From positions 3,596,001 to 3,660,000 of the forward strand of contig OZ024744.1 in assembly GCA_964016885.1 (NCBI GenBank): a stretch of 64,000 bases of DNA, given 5' to 3'. The position numbers and the translations under genes were made by a program. The notes under the pieces are model-generated. The model ran no database searches and was not told the DNA's origin. It saw nothing but the letters and a program-made list of their open reading frames with translations. This document shows, in pieces, positions 1-13,529 of the stretch; position 1 is the first letter of the stretch; every line of letters starts with the position of its first letter. The stretch comes from Eledone cirrhosa. Lineage: Eukaryota.

Positions 1-3000
1 TGCGAAGAACGAAGTTTTGGGGGAAGACAAGGTAGAGAAAGATAGCTTGGTGAAGAACGAAGTTTTGGGGGAGGACAAGGTAGCGAAAGATAGCTTGGTG
101 AAAAACGACGTTTTGAGGGAAGGCAAGGTAGAGAAAGATAGCTTGGTGAAGAACGAAGTTTTGACGGAAGACAAGGTAGAGAAAGATAGCTTGGTGAAGA
201 ATGACGTTTTGTGGGAAGACAAGGTAGAGAAAGATAGCTTGGTGAATAACGAAGTTTTGAGGGAAGACAAGGTAGAGAAAGATAGCTTGGTGAAGAACGA
301 AGTTTTGGGGGAAGACAAGGTAGAGAAAGATAGCTTGGTGAAGAACGAAGTTTTGAGGGAAGACAAGGTAGAGAAAGATAGCTTGGTGAAGAACGACGTT
401 TTGTGGGAAGACAAGGTAGAGAAAGATAGCTTGGTGAAGAACGAAGTTTTGTGGGAAGTCAAGGTAGAGAAAGATAGCTTGGTGAAGAACGAAGTTTTGG
501 GGGAAGACAAGGTAGAGAAATATATCTTGGTGAACAACGAAGATTTGGGGGAAGACAAGGTAGAGAAAGATAGCTTGGTGAACAACGAAGTTTTGGGGGA
601 AGACAAGGTAGAAAAAGATAGCTTGGTAAAGAACGAAGTTTTGGGGAAAACAATGTAGAGAAAGATAGCTTGGTGAAGAACGAAGTTTTGGGGGAAGACA
701 AGGTAGAGAAAGATAGCTTGGTGAAGAACGTAGTTTTGAGGGAAGACAAGGTAGAGAAAGATAGCTTGGTGAATAACGAAGTTTTGGGAGAAGACAAGGT
801 AGAGAAAGATAGCTTGGTGAAGAACGACGTTTTGAGGGAAGACAAGGTAGAGAAAGATAGCTTGGTGAAGAACGAAGTTTTGGGGAAGACAATGTAGAGA
901 AAGATAGCTTGGTGAAGAACGAAGTTTTGGGGGAAGACAAGGTAGAGAACGATAGCTTGGTGAAGAACGAAGTTTTGAGGGAAGACAAGGTAGAGAAAGA
1001 TAGCTTGCTGAATAACGAAGTTTTGGGAGAAGACAAGGTAGAGAAAGATAGTTGGTGAAGAACGAAGTTTTGAAGGAAGACAAGGCAGAGAAAGATAGCT
1101 TGGTGAAGAACGACGTTTTGTGGGAAGACAAGGTAGAGAAAGATAGCTTGGTGAAGAACGAAGTTTTGGGGGAAGACAAGGTAGAGAAAGATAGCTTGGT
1201 GAAGAACGAAGTTTTGGGGGAAGACAAGGTAGAGAAAGATAGCTTGGTGAAGAACGAAGTTTTGAGGGAAAACAAGGTAGAGAAAGATAGCTTGGTGAAT
1301 AACGAAGTTTTGGGAGGAGACAAGGTGGAGAAAGATAGCTTGGTGAAGAACGAATTTTGAGGGAAGACAAGGTAGAGAAAGATAGCTTGGTGAAGAACGA
1401 CGTTTTGTGGGAAGACAAGGGAGAGAAAGATAGATTGGTGAAGGACGAAGTTTTGAGGGATGACAAGGTAGAGAAAGATGACTTGGTGAAGAACGAAGTT
1501 TTGGGGGAAGACAAGGTAGTGAAAGATAGCTTGGTGAAGAACGAAGTTTTGGGGGAAGACAAGGTAGAGAAAGATAGCTTGGTGAAGAACGAAGTTTTCG
1601 GGGAAGACAAGGTAGAGAAATATAGCTTGGTGAAGAACGAAGTTTTGAGGGAAGACAAGGTAGAGAAAGATAGCTTGGTGAATAACGAAGTTTTGGGAGA
1701 ATACAAGGTAGAGAAAGATAGCTTGGTGAAGAACGATGTTTTGAGGGAAGACAAGGTAGAGAAAGATAGCTTGGTGAAGAACGACGTTTTGAGGGAAGAC
1801 AAGGTAGAGAAAGATAGCTTGGTGAAGAACGACGTTTTGTGGGAAGACAAGGTAGAGAAAGATAGCTTGGTGAAGAACGAAGTTTTGGGGGAAGACAAGG
1901 TAGAGAAAGATAGCTTGCGAAGAACTAAGTTTTGGGGGAAGACAAGGTAGAGAAAGATAGCTTGGTGAAGAACGAAGTTCTGAGGGAGGACAAGGTAGCG
2001 AAAGATAGCTTGGTGAAAAACGACGTTTTGAGGGAAGGCAAGGTAGAGAAAGATAGCTTGGTGAAGAACGAAGTTTTGACGGAAGACAAGGTAGAGAAAG
2101 ATAGCTTGGTGAAGAATGACGTTTTGTGGGAAGACAAGGTAGAGAAAGATAGCTTGGTGAATAACGAAGTTTTGAGGGAAGACAAGGTAGAGAAAGATAG
2201 CTTGGTGAAGAACGAAGTTTTGGGGGAAGACAAGGTAGAGAAAGATAGCTTGGTGAAGAACGAAGTTTTGAGGGAAGACAAGGTAGAGAAAGATAGCTTG
2301 GTGAAGAACGACGTTTTGTGGGAAGACAAGGTAGAGAAAGATAGCTTGGTGAAGAACGAAGTTTTGGGGGAAGACAAGGTAGAGAAATATAGCTTGGTGA
2401 ACAACGAAGTTTTGGGGGAAGACAAGGTAGAGAAAGATAGCTTGGTGAAGAACGACGTTTTGAGGGAAGACAAGGTAGAGAAAGATAGCTTGGTGAAGAA
2501 CGATGTTTTGGGGAAGACACTGTAGAGAAAGATAGGCTTGGTGAAGAACGAAGTTTTGAGGGAAGACAAGGTAGAGAAAGATAGCTTGGTGAATAACGAA
2601 GTTTGGGAGAAGACAAGGTAGAGAAAGATAGTTGGTGAAGAACGAAGTTTTGAGGGAAGACAAGGTAGAGAAAGATAGCTTGGTGAAGAACGACGTTTTG
2701 AGGGAAGACAAGGTAGAGAAAGATAGCTTGGTGAAGAACGACGTTTTGTGGGAAGACAAGGTAGAGAAAGATAGCTTGGTGAAGAACGAAGTTTTGGGGG
2801 AAGACAAGGTAGAGAAAGATAGCTTGGTGAAGAACGAAGTTTTGGGGAAGACAATGTAGAGAAAGATAGCTTGGTGAAGAACGAAGTTTTGGGGGAAGAC
2901 AAGGTAGAGAAAGATAGCTTGGTGAAGAACGAAGTTTTGAGGGAAGACAAGGTAGAGAAAGATAGCTTGGTGAATAACGAAGTTTTGGGAGAAGACAAGG

Positions 3001-5710
3001 TAGAGAAAGATAGCTTGGTGAAGAACGACGTTTTGAGGGAAGACAAGTTAGAGAAAGATAGCTTGGTGAAGAACGAAGTTTTGGGGAAGACAATGTAGAG
3101 AAAGATAGCTTGGTGAAGAACGAAGTTTTGGGGGAAGACAAGGTAGAGAAAGATAGCTTGGTGAAGAACGAAGTTTTGAGGGAAGACAAGGTAGAGAAAG
3201 ATAGCTTGCTGAATAACGAAGTTTTGGGAGAAGACAAGGTAGAGAAAGATAGTTGGTGAAGAACGAAGTTTTGAAGGAAGACAAGGCAGAGAAAGATAGC
3301 TTGGTGAAGAACGACGTTTTGTGGGAAGACAAGGTAGAGAAAGATAGCTTGGTGAAGAACGAAGTTTTGGGGGAAGACAAGGTAGAGAAAGATAGCTTGG
3401 TGAAGAACGAAGTTTTGGGGGAAGACAAGGTAGAGAAAGATAGCTTGGTGAAGAACGAAGTTTTGAGGGAAAACAAGGTAGAGAAAGATAGCTTGGTGAA
3501 TAACGAAGTTTTGGGAGGAGACAAGGTGGAGAAAGATAGCTTGGTGAAGAACGAATTTTGAGGGAAGACAAGGTAGAGAAAGATAGCTTGGTGAAGAACG
3601 ACGTTTTGTGGGAAGACAAGGGAGAGAAAGATAGATTGGTGAAGGACGAAGTTTTGAGGGATGACAAGGTAGAGAAAGATGACTTGGTGAAGAACGAAGT
3701 TTTGGGGGAAGACAAGGTAGTGAAAGATAGCTTGGTGAAGAACGAAGTTTTGGGGGAAGACAAGGTAGAGAAAGATAGCTTGGTGAAGAACGAAGTTTTG
3801 AGGGAAGACAAGGTAGAGAAAGATAGCTTGGTGAATAACGAAGTTTTGGGAGAATACAAGGTAGAGAAAGATAGCTTGGTGAAGAACGATGTTTTGAGGG
3901 AAGACAAGGTAGAGAAAGATAGCTTGGTGAAGAACGACGTTTTGAGGGAAGACAAGGTAGAGAAAGATAGCTTGGTGAAGAACGACGTTTTGTGGGAAGA
4001 CAAGGTAGAGAAAGATAGCTTGGTGAAGAACGAAGTTTTGGGGGAAGACAAGGTAGAGAAAGATAGCTTGCGAAGAACGAAGTTTTGGGGGAAGACAAGG
4101 TAGAGAAAGATAGCTTGGTGAAGAACGAAGTTTTGGGGGAGGACAAGGTAGCGAAAGATAGCTTGGTGAAAAACGACGTTTTGAGGGAAGGCAAGGTAGA
4201 GAAAGATAGCTTGGTGAAGAACGAAGTTTTGACGGAAGACAAGGTAGAGAAAGATAGCTTGGTGAAGAATGACGTTTTGTGGGAAGACAAGGTAGAGAAA
4301 GATAGCTTGGTGAATAACGAAGTTTTGAGGGAAGACAAGGTAGAGAAAGATAGCTTGGTGAAGAACGAAGTTTTGGGGGAAGACAAGGTAGAGAAAGATA
4401 GCTTGGTGAAGAACGAAGTTTTGAGGGAAGACAAGGTAGAGAAAGATAGCTTGGTGAAGAACGACGTTTTGTGGGAAGACAAGGTAGAGAAAGATAGCTT
4501 GGTGAAGAACGAAGTTTTGTGGGAAGTCAAGGTAGAGAAAGATAGCTTGGTGAAGAACGAAGTTTTGGGGGAAGACAAGGTAGAGAAATATAGCTTGGTG
4601 AACAACGAAGTTTTGGGGGAAGACAAGGTAGAGAAAGATAGCTTGGTGAACAACGAAGTTTTGGGGGAAGACAAGGTAGAAAAAGATAGCTTGGTAAAGA
4701 ACGAAGTTTTGGGGAAAACAATGTAGAGAAAGATAGCTTGGTGAAGAACGAAGTTTTGGGGGAAGACAAGGTAGAGAAAGATAGCTTGGTGAAGAACGTA
4801 GTTTTGAGGGAAGACAAGGTAGAGAAAGATAGCTTGGTGAATAACGAAGTTTTGGGAGAAGACAAGGTAGAGAAAGATAGCTTGGTGAAGAACGACGTTT
4901 TGAGGGAAGACAAGGTAGAGAAAGATAGCTTGGTGAAGAACGAAGTTTTGGGGAAGACAATGTAGAGAAAGATAGCTTGGTGAAGAACGAAGTTTTGGGG
5001 GAAGACAAGGTAGAGAAAGATAGCTTGGTGAAGAACGAAGTTTTGAGGGAAGACAAGGTAGAGAAAGATAGCTTGCTGAATAACGAAGTTTTGGGAGAAG
5101 ACAAGGTAGAGAAAGATAGTTGGTGAAGAACGAAGTTTTGAAGGAAGACAAGGCAGAGAAAGATAGCTTGGTGAAGAACGACGTTTTGTGGGAAGACAAG
5201 GTAGAGAAAGATAGCTTGGTGAAGAACGAAGTTTTGGGGGAAGACAAGGTAGAGAAAGATAGCTTGGTGAAGAACGAAGTTTTGGGGGAAGACAAGGTAG
5301 AGAAAGATAGCTTGGTGAAGAACGAAGTTTTGAGGGAAAACAAGGTAGAGAAAGATAGCTTGGTGAATAACGAAGTTTTGGGAGGAGACAAGGTGGAGAA
5401 AGATAGCTTGGTGAAGAACGAATTTTGAGGGAAGACAAGGTAGAGAAAGATAGCTTGGTGAAGAACGACGTTTTGTGGGAAGACAAGGGAGAGAAAGATA
5501 GATTGGTGAAGGACGAAGTTTTGAGGGATGACAAGGTAGAGAAAGATGACTTGGTGAAGAACGAAGTTTTGGGGGAAGACAAGGTAGTGAAAGATAGCTT
5601 GGTGAAGAACGAAGTTTTGGGGGAAGACAAGGTAGAGAAAGATAGCTTGGTGAAGAACGAAGTTTTCGGGGAAGACAAGGTAGAGAAATATAGCTTGGTG
5701 AAGAACGAAG
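1..5710. repeat. Subdomain A: segment 1-~1640 duplicated at 4069-~5710 (offset 4068), with a third partial copy at offset 2201
   Basis: ORF/marker offsets 17>4085, 670>4738, 1052>5120 and 1357>5425 all equal 4068; 670>2871, 1052>3253 and 1357>3558 equal 2201. Private variants confined here: GGTAGCGAAA, CTTGCTGAAT, GTAGTGAAAG, TTTTCGGGG, GTTCTGAGG. Confidence 0.9.
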
Positions 5711-8700
5711 TTCTGAGGGAGGACAAGGTAGCGAAAGATAGCTTGGTGAAAAACGACGTTTTGAGGGAAGGCAAGGTAGAGAAAGATAGCTTGGTGAAGA
5801 ACGAAGTTTTGACGGAAGACAAGGTAGAGAAAGATAGCTTGGTGAAGAATGACGTTTTGTGGGAAGACAAGGTAGAGAAAGATAGATTGGTGAAGAACGA
5901 AGTTTTGGGGGAAGACAAGGTAGAGAAAGATAGCTTGGTGAAGAACGAAGTTTTGAGGGAAGACAAGGTAGAGAAAGATAGCTTGGTGAAGAACGACGTT
6001 TTGTGGGAAGACAAGGTAGAGAAAGATAGCTTGGTGAAGAACGAAGTTTTGGGGGAAGACAAGGTAGAGAAAGATAGCTTGGTGAACAACGAAGTTTTGG
6101 GGGAAGACAAGGTAGAGAAAGATAGCTTGGTGAACAACGAAGTTTTGGGGGAAGACAAGGTAGAAAAAGATAGCTTGGTAAAGAACGAAGTTTTGGGGAA
6201 AACAATGTAGAGAAAGATAGCTTGGTGAAGAACGAAGTTTTGGGGGAAGACAAGGTAGAGAAAGATAGCTTGGTGAAGAACGAAGTTTTGGGGAAGACAA
6301 TGTAGAGAAAGATAGCTTGGTGAAGAACGAAGTTGTGGGGGAAGACAAGGTAGAGAAAGATAGCTTGGTGAAGAACGAAGTTTTGGGGGAAGACAAGGTA
6401 GAGAAAGATAGCTTGGTGAAGAACGACGTTTTGAGGGAAGACAAGGTAGAGAAAGATAGCTTGGTGAAGAACGATGTTTTGGGGAAGACACTGTAGAGAA
6501 AGATAGCTTGGTGAAGAACGAAGTTTTGAGGGAAGACAAGGTAGAGAAAGATAGCTTGGTGAATAACGAAGTTTGGGAGAAGACAAGGTAGAGAAAGATA
6601 GTTGGTGAAGAACGAAGTTTTGAGGGAAGACAAGGTAGAGAAAGATAGCTTGGTGAAGAACGACGTTTTGAGGGAAGACAAGGTAGAGAAAGATAGCTTG
6701 GTGAAGAACGACGTTTTGTGGGAAGACAAGGTAGAGAAAGATAGCTTGGTGAAGAACGAAGTTTTGGGGGAAGACAAGGAAGAGAAAGATAGCTTGGTGA
6801 AGAACGAAGTTTTGGGGAAGACGATGTAGAGAAAGATAGCTTGGTGAAGAACGAAGTTTTGGGGGAAGACAAGGTAGAGAAAGATAGCTTGGTGAATAAC
6901 GAAGTTTTGGGAGAAGACAATGTCGAGAAAGATAGCTTGGTGAAGAACGAAGTTTTGAGGGAAGACAAGGTAGAGAAAGATAGCTTGGTGAAGAACGAAG
7001 TTTTGGGGGAAGACAAGGTAGAGAAAGATAGCTTGGTGAATAACGAAGTTTTGGGAGAAGACAATGTCGAGAAAGATAGCTTGGTGAAGAACGAAGTTTT
7101 GAGGGAAGACAAGGTAGAGAAAGATAGCTTGGTGAAGAACGAAGTTTTGGGGGAAGACAAGGTAGAGAAAGATAGCTTGGTGAAGAACGAAGTTTTGGGG
7201 GAAGACAAGGTAGAGAAAGATAGCTTGGTGAAGAACGAAGTTTTGAGGGAAGACAAGGTAGAGAAAGATAGCTTGGTGAAGAACGACGTTTTGTGGGAAG
7301 ACAAGGTAGAGAAAGATAGCTTGGTGAAGAACGAAGTTTTGTGGGAAGTCAAGGTAGAGAAAGATAGCTTGGTGAAGAACGAAGTTTTGGGGGAAGACAA
7401 GGTAGAGAAAGATAGCTTGGTGAAGAACGAAGTTTTGGGGGAAGACAAGGTAGAGAAAGATAGCTTGGTGAACAACGAAGTTTTGGGGGAAGACAAGGTA
7501 GAAAAAGATAGCTTGGTAAAGAACGAAGTTTTGGGGAAAACAATGTAGAGAAAGATAGCTTGGTGAAGAACGAAGTTTTGGGGGAAGACAAGGTAGAGAA
7601 AGATAGCTTGGTGAAGAACGAAGTTTTGGGGAAGACAATGTAGAGAAAGATAGCTTGGTGAAGAACGAAGTTGTGGGGGAAGACAAGGTAGAGAAAGATA
7701 GCTTGGTGAAGAACGAAGTTTTGGGGGAAGACAAGGTAGAGAAAGATAGCTTGGTGAAGAACGACGTTTTGAGGGAAGACAAGGTAGAGAAAGATAGCTT
7801 GGTTAAGAACGATGTTTTGGGGAAGACACTGTAGAGAAAGATAGCTTGGTGAAGAACGAAGTTTTGAGGGAAGACAAGGTAGAGAAAGATAGCTTGGTGA
7901 ATAACGAAGTTTGGGAGAAGACAAGGTAGAGAAAGATAGTTGGTGAAGAACGAAGTTTTGAGGGAAGACAAGGTAGAGAAAGATAGCTTGGTGAAGAACG
8001 ACGTTTTGAGGGAAGACAAGGTAGAGAAAGATAGCTTGGTGAAGAACGACGTTTTGTGGGAAGACAAGGTAGAGAAAGATAGCTTGGTGAAGAACGAAGT
8101 TTTGGGGGAAGACAAGGTAGAGAAAGATAGCTTGGTGAAGAACGAAGTTTTGAGGGAAGACAAGGTAGAGAAAGATAGCTTGGTGAATAACGATGTTTTG
8201 GGAGAAGACAAGGTAGAGAAAGATAGCTTGGTGAAGAACGACGTTTTGAGGGAAGACAAGGTAGAGAAAGATAGCTTGGTGAAGAACGAAGTTTTGGGGA
8301 AGACAATGTAGAGAAAGATAGCTTGGTGAAGAACGAAGTTTTGGGGGAAGACAAGGTAGAGAAAGATAGCTTGGTGAAGAACGAAGTTTTGAGGGAAGAC
8401 AAGGTAGAGAAAGATAGCTTGGTGAATAACGAAGTTTTGGGAGAAGACAAGGTAGAGAAAGATAGTTGGTGAAGAACGAAGTTTTGAAGGAAGACAAGGC
8501 AGAGAAAGATAGCTTGGTGAAGAACGAAGTTTTGAGGGAAGACAAGGTAGAGAAAGATAGCTTGGTGAAGAACGACGTTTTGTGGGAAGACAAGGTAGAG
8601 AAAGATAGCTTGGTGAAGAACGAAGTTTTGGGGGAAGACAAGGTAGAGAAAGATAGCTTGGTGAAGAACGAAGTTTTGGGGGAAGACAAGGTAGAGAAAG

Positions 8701-11700
8701 ATAGCTTGGTGAAGAACGAAGTTTTGGGGGAAGACAAGGTAGAGAAAGATAGCTTGGTGAACAACGAAGTTTTGGGGGAAGACAAGGTAGAAAAAGATAG
8801 CTTGGTAAAGAACGAAGTTTTGGGGAAAACAATGTAGAGAAAGATAGCTTGGTGAAGAACGAAGTTTTGGGGGAAGACAAGGTAGAGAAAGATAGCTTGG
8901 TGAAGAACGAAGTTTTGGGGAAGACAATGTAGAGAAAGATAGCTTGGTGAAGAACGAAGTTGTGGGGGAAGACAACGTAGAGAAAGATAGCTTGGTGAAG
9001 AACGAAGTTTTGGGGGAAGACAAGGTAGAGAAAGATAGCTTGGTGAAGAACGACGTTTTGAGGGAAGACAAGGTAGAGAAATATAGCTTGGTGAAGAACG
9101 ATGTTTTGGGGAAGACACTGTAGAGAAAGATAGCTTGGTGAAGAACGAAGTTTTGAGGGAAGACAAGGTAGAGAAAGATAGCTTGGTGAATAACGAAGTT
9201 TGGGAGAAGACAAGGTAGAGAAAGATAGTTGGTGAAGAACGAAGTTTTGAGGGAAGACAAGGTAGAGAAAGATAGCTTGGTGAAGAACGACGTTTTGAGG
9301 GAAGACAAGGTAGAGAAAGATAGCTTGGTGAAGAACGACGTTTTGTGGGAAGACAAGGTAGAGAAAGATAGCTTGGTGAAGAACGAAGTTTTGGGGGAAG
9401 ACAAGGTAGAGAAAGATAGCTTGGTGAAGAACGAAGTTTTGAGGGAAGACAAGGTAGAGAAAGATAGCTTGGTGAATAACGATGTTTTGGGAGAAGACAA
9501 GGTAGAGAAAGATAGCTTGGTGAAGAACGACGTTTTGAGGGAAGACAAGGTAGAGAAAGATAGCTTGGTGAAGAACGAAGTTTTGGGGAAGACAATGTAG
9601 AGAAAGATAGCTTGGTGAAGAACGAAGTTTTGGGGGAAGACAAGGTAGAGAAAGATAGCTTGGTGAAGAACGAAGTTTTGAGGGAAGACAAGGTAGAGAA
9701 AGATAGCTTGGTGAATAACGAAGTTTTGGGAGAAGACAAGGTAGAGAAAGATAGTTGGTGAAGAACGAAGTTTTGAAGGAAGACAAGGCAGAGAAAGATA
9801 GCTTGGTGAAGAACGAAGTTTTGAGGGAAGACAAGGTAGAGAAAGATAGCTTGGTGAAGAACGACGTTTTGTGGGAAGACAAGGTAGAGAAAGATAGCTT
9901 GGTGAAGAACGAAGTTTTGGGGGAAGACAAGGTAGAGAAAGATAGCTTGGTGAAGAACGAAGTTTTGGGGGAAGACAAGGTAGAGAAAGATAGCTTGGTG
10001 AAGAACGAAGTTTTGAGGGAAAACAAGGTAGAGAAAGATAGCTTGGTGAATAACGAAGTTTTGGGAGGAGACAAGGTGGAGAAAGATAGCTTGGTGAAGA
10101 ACGAATTTTGAGGGAAGACAAGGTAGAGAAAGATAGCTTGGTGAAGAACGACGTTTTGTGGGAAGACAAGGGAGAGAAAGATAGATTGGTGAAGGACGAA
10201 GTTTTGAGGGATGACAAGGTAGAGAAAGATGACTTGGTGAAGAACGAAGTTTTGGGGGAAGACAAGGTAGAGAAAGATAGCTTGGTGAAGAACGAAGTTT
10301 TGGGGGAAGACAAGGTAGAGAAAGATAGCTTGGTGAAGAACGAAGTTTTGGGGGAAGACAAGGTAGAGAAAGATAGCTTGGTGAAGAACGAAGTTTTGAG
10401 GGAAGACAAGGTAGAGAAAGATAGCTTGGTGAATAACGAAGTTTTGGGAGAATACAAGTAGAGAAAGATAGCTTGGTGAAGAACGATGTTTTGAGGGAAG
10501 ACAAGGTAGAGAAAGATAGCTTGGTGAAGAACGACGTTTTGAGGGAAGACAAGGTAGAGAAAGATAGCTTGGTGAAGAACGACGTTTTGTGGGAAGACAA
10601 GGTAGAGAAAGATAGCTTGGTGAAGAACGAAGTTTTGGGGGAAGACAAGGTAGAGAAAGATAGCTTGCGAAGAACGAAGTTTTGGGGGAAGACAAGGTAG
10701 AGAAAGATAGCTTGGTGAAGAACGAAGTTTTGGGGGAGGACAAGGTAGAGAAAGATAGCTTGGTGAAAAACGACGTTTTGAGGGAAGGCAAGGTAGAGAA
10801 AGATAGCTTGGTGAAGAACGAAGTTTTGACGGAAGACAAGGTAGAGAAAGATAGCTTGGTGGAGAATGACGTTTTGTGGGAAGACAAGGTAGAGAAAGAT
10901 AGCTTGGTGAATAACGAAGTTTTGAGGGAAGACAAGGTAGAGAAAGATAGCTTGGTGAAGAACGAAGTTTTGGGGGAAGACAAGGTAGAGAAAGATAGCT
11001 TGGTGAAGAACGAAGTTTTGAGGGAAGACAAGGTAGAGAAAGATAGCTTGGTGAAGAACGACGTTTTGTGGGAAGACAAGGTAGAGAAAGATAGCTTGGT
11101 GAAGAACGAAGTTTTGTGGGAAGTCAAGGTAGAGAAAGATAGCTTGGTGAAGAACGAAGTTTTGGGGGAAGACAAGGTAGAGAAATATAGCTTGGTGAAC
11201 AACGAAGTTTTGGGGGAAGACAAGGTAGAGAAAGATAGCTTGGTGAACAACGAAGTTTTGGGGGAAGACAAGGTAGAAAAAGATAGCTTGGTAAAGAACG
11301 AAGTTTTGGGGAAAACAATGTAGAGAAAGATAGCTTGGTGAAGAACGAAGTTTTGGGGGAAGACAAGGTAGAGAAAGATAGCTTGGTGAAGAACGAAGTT
11401 TTGGGGAAGACAATGTAGAGAAAGATAGCTTGGTGAAGAACGAAGTTGTGGGGGAAGACAAGGTAGAGAAAGATAGCTTGGTGAAGAACGAAGTTTTGGG
11501 GGAAGACAAGATAGAGAAAGATAGCTTGGTGAAGAACGACGTTTTGAGGGAAGACAAGGTAGAGAAAGATAGCTTGGTGAAGAACGATGTTTTGGGGAAG
11601 ACACTGTAGAGAAAGATAGCTTGGTGAAGAACGAAGTTTTGAGGGAAGACAAGGTAGAGAAAGATAGCTTGGTGAATAACGAAGTTTGGGAGAAGACAAG

Positions 11701-13529
11701 GTAGAGAAAGATAGTTGGTGAAGAACGAAGTTTTGAGGGAAGACAAGGTAGAGAAAGATAGCTTGGTGAAGAACGACGTTTTGAGGGAAGACAAGGTAGA
11801 GAAAGATAGCTTGGTGAAGAACGACGTTTTGTGGGAAGACAAGGTAGAGAAAGATAGCTTGGTGAAGAACGAAGTTTTGGGGGAAGACAAGGTAGAGAAA
11901 GATAGCTTGGTGAAGAACGAAGTTTTGGGGAAGACGATGTAGAGAAAGATAGCTTGGTGAAGAACGAAGTTTTGGGGGAAGACAAGGTAGAGAAAGATAG
12001 CTTGGTGAAGAACGAAGTTTTGAGGGAAGACAAGGTAGAGAAAGATAGCTTGGTGAATAACGAAGTTTTGGGAGAAGACAAGGTAGAGAAAGATAGCTTG
12101 GTGAAGAACGACGTTTTGAGGGAAGACAAGGTAGAGAAAGATAGCTTGGTGAAGAACGAAGTTTTGGGGAAGACAATGTAGAGAAAGATAGCTTGGTGAA
12201 GAACGAAGTTTTGGGGGAAGACAAGGTAGAGAAAGATAGCTTGGTGAAGAACGAAGTTTTGGGGAAGACGATGTAGAGAAAGATAGCTTGGTGAAGAACG
12301 AAGTTTTGGGGGAAGACAAGGTAGAGAAAGATAGCTTGGTGAATAACGAAGTTTTGGGAGAAGACAATGTCGAGAAAGATAGCTTGGTGAAGAACGAAGT
12401 TTTGAGGGAAGACAAGGTAGAGAAAGATAGCTTGGTGAAGAACGAAGTTTTGGGGGAAGACAAGGTAGAGAAAGATAGCTTGGTGAATAACGAAGTTTTG
12501 GGAGAAGACAATGTCGAGAAAGATAGCTTGGTGAAGAACGAAGTTTTGAGGGAAGACAAGGTAGAGAAAGATAGCTTGGTGAAGAACGAAGTTTTGGGGG
12601 AAGACAAGGTAGAGAAAGATAGCTTGGTGAAGAACGAAGTTTTGGGGGAAGACAAGGTAGAGAAAGATAGCTTGGTGAAGAACGAAGTTTTGAGGGAAGA
12701 CAAGGTAGAGAAAGATAGCTTGGTGAAGAACGACGTTTTGTGGGAAGACAAGGTAGAGAAAGATAGCTTGGTGAAGAACGAAGTTTTGTGGGAAGTCAAG
12801 GTAGAGAAAGATAGCTTGGTGAAGAACGAAGTTTTGGGGGAAGACAAGGTAGAGAAAGATAGCTTGGTGAAGAACGAAGTTTTGGGGGAAGACAAGGTAG
12901 AGAAAGATAGCTTGGTGAACAACGAAGTTTTGGGGGAAGACAAGGTAGAAAAAGATAGCTTGGTAAAGAACGAAGTTTTGGGGAAAACAATGTAGAGAAA
13001 GATAGCTTGGTGAAGAACGAAGTTTTGGGGGAAGACAAGGTAGAGAAAGATAGCTTGGTGAAGAACGAAGTTTTGGGGAAGACAATGTAGAGAAAGATAG
13101 CTTGGTGAAGAACGAAGTTGTGGGGGAAGACAAGGTAGAGGAAGATAGCTTGGTGAAGAACGAAGTTTTGGGGGAAGACAAGGTAGAGAAAGATAGCTTG
13201 GTGAAGAACGACGTTTTGAGGGAAGACAAGGTAGAGAAAGATAGCTTGGTGAAGAACGATGTTTTGGGGAAGACACTGTAGAGAAAGATAGCTTGGTGAA
13301 GAACGAAGTTTTGAGGGAAGACAAGGTAGAGAAAGATAGCTTGGTGAATAACGAAGTTTGGGAGAAGACAAGGTAGAGAAAGATAGTTGGTGAAGAACGA
13401 AGTTTTGAGGGAAGACAAGGTAGAGAAAGATAGCTTGGTGAAGAACGACGTTTTGAGGGAAGACAAGGTAGAGAAAGATAGCTTGGTGAAGAACGACGTT
13501 TTGTGGGAAGACAAGGTAGAGAAAGATAG

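Noticed and set aside
14-22. TTTTGGGG ciliate-type telomere motif in the monomer
   Set aside because: It is a single copy per 48 bp, not tandem, and frequently mutated (TTTTGAGG, TTTTGTGG). HOR-like inheritance of variants argues against telomerase synthesis.
640-900. Programmed frameshift or phase-variable poly-G tract restoring one long protein
   Set aside because: It would require hundreds of compensating shifts at five different sites. The G4 allele is stably linked to specific SNPs rather than switching at random.
2531-2540. Singleton indels (insertion ~2535; deletions ~10457 and ~31229) as meaningful
   Set aside because: They are single-copy changes at short homopolymers and cannot be told apart from consensus errors without reads.
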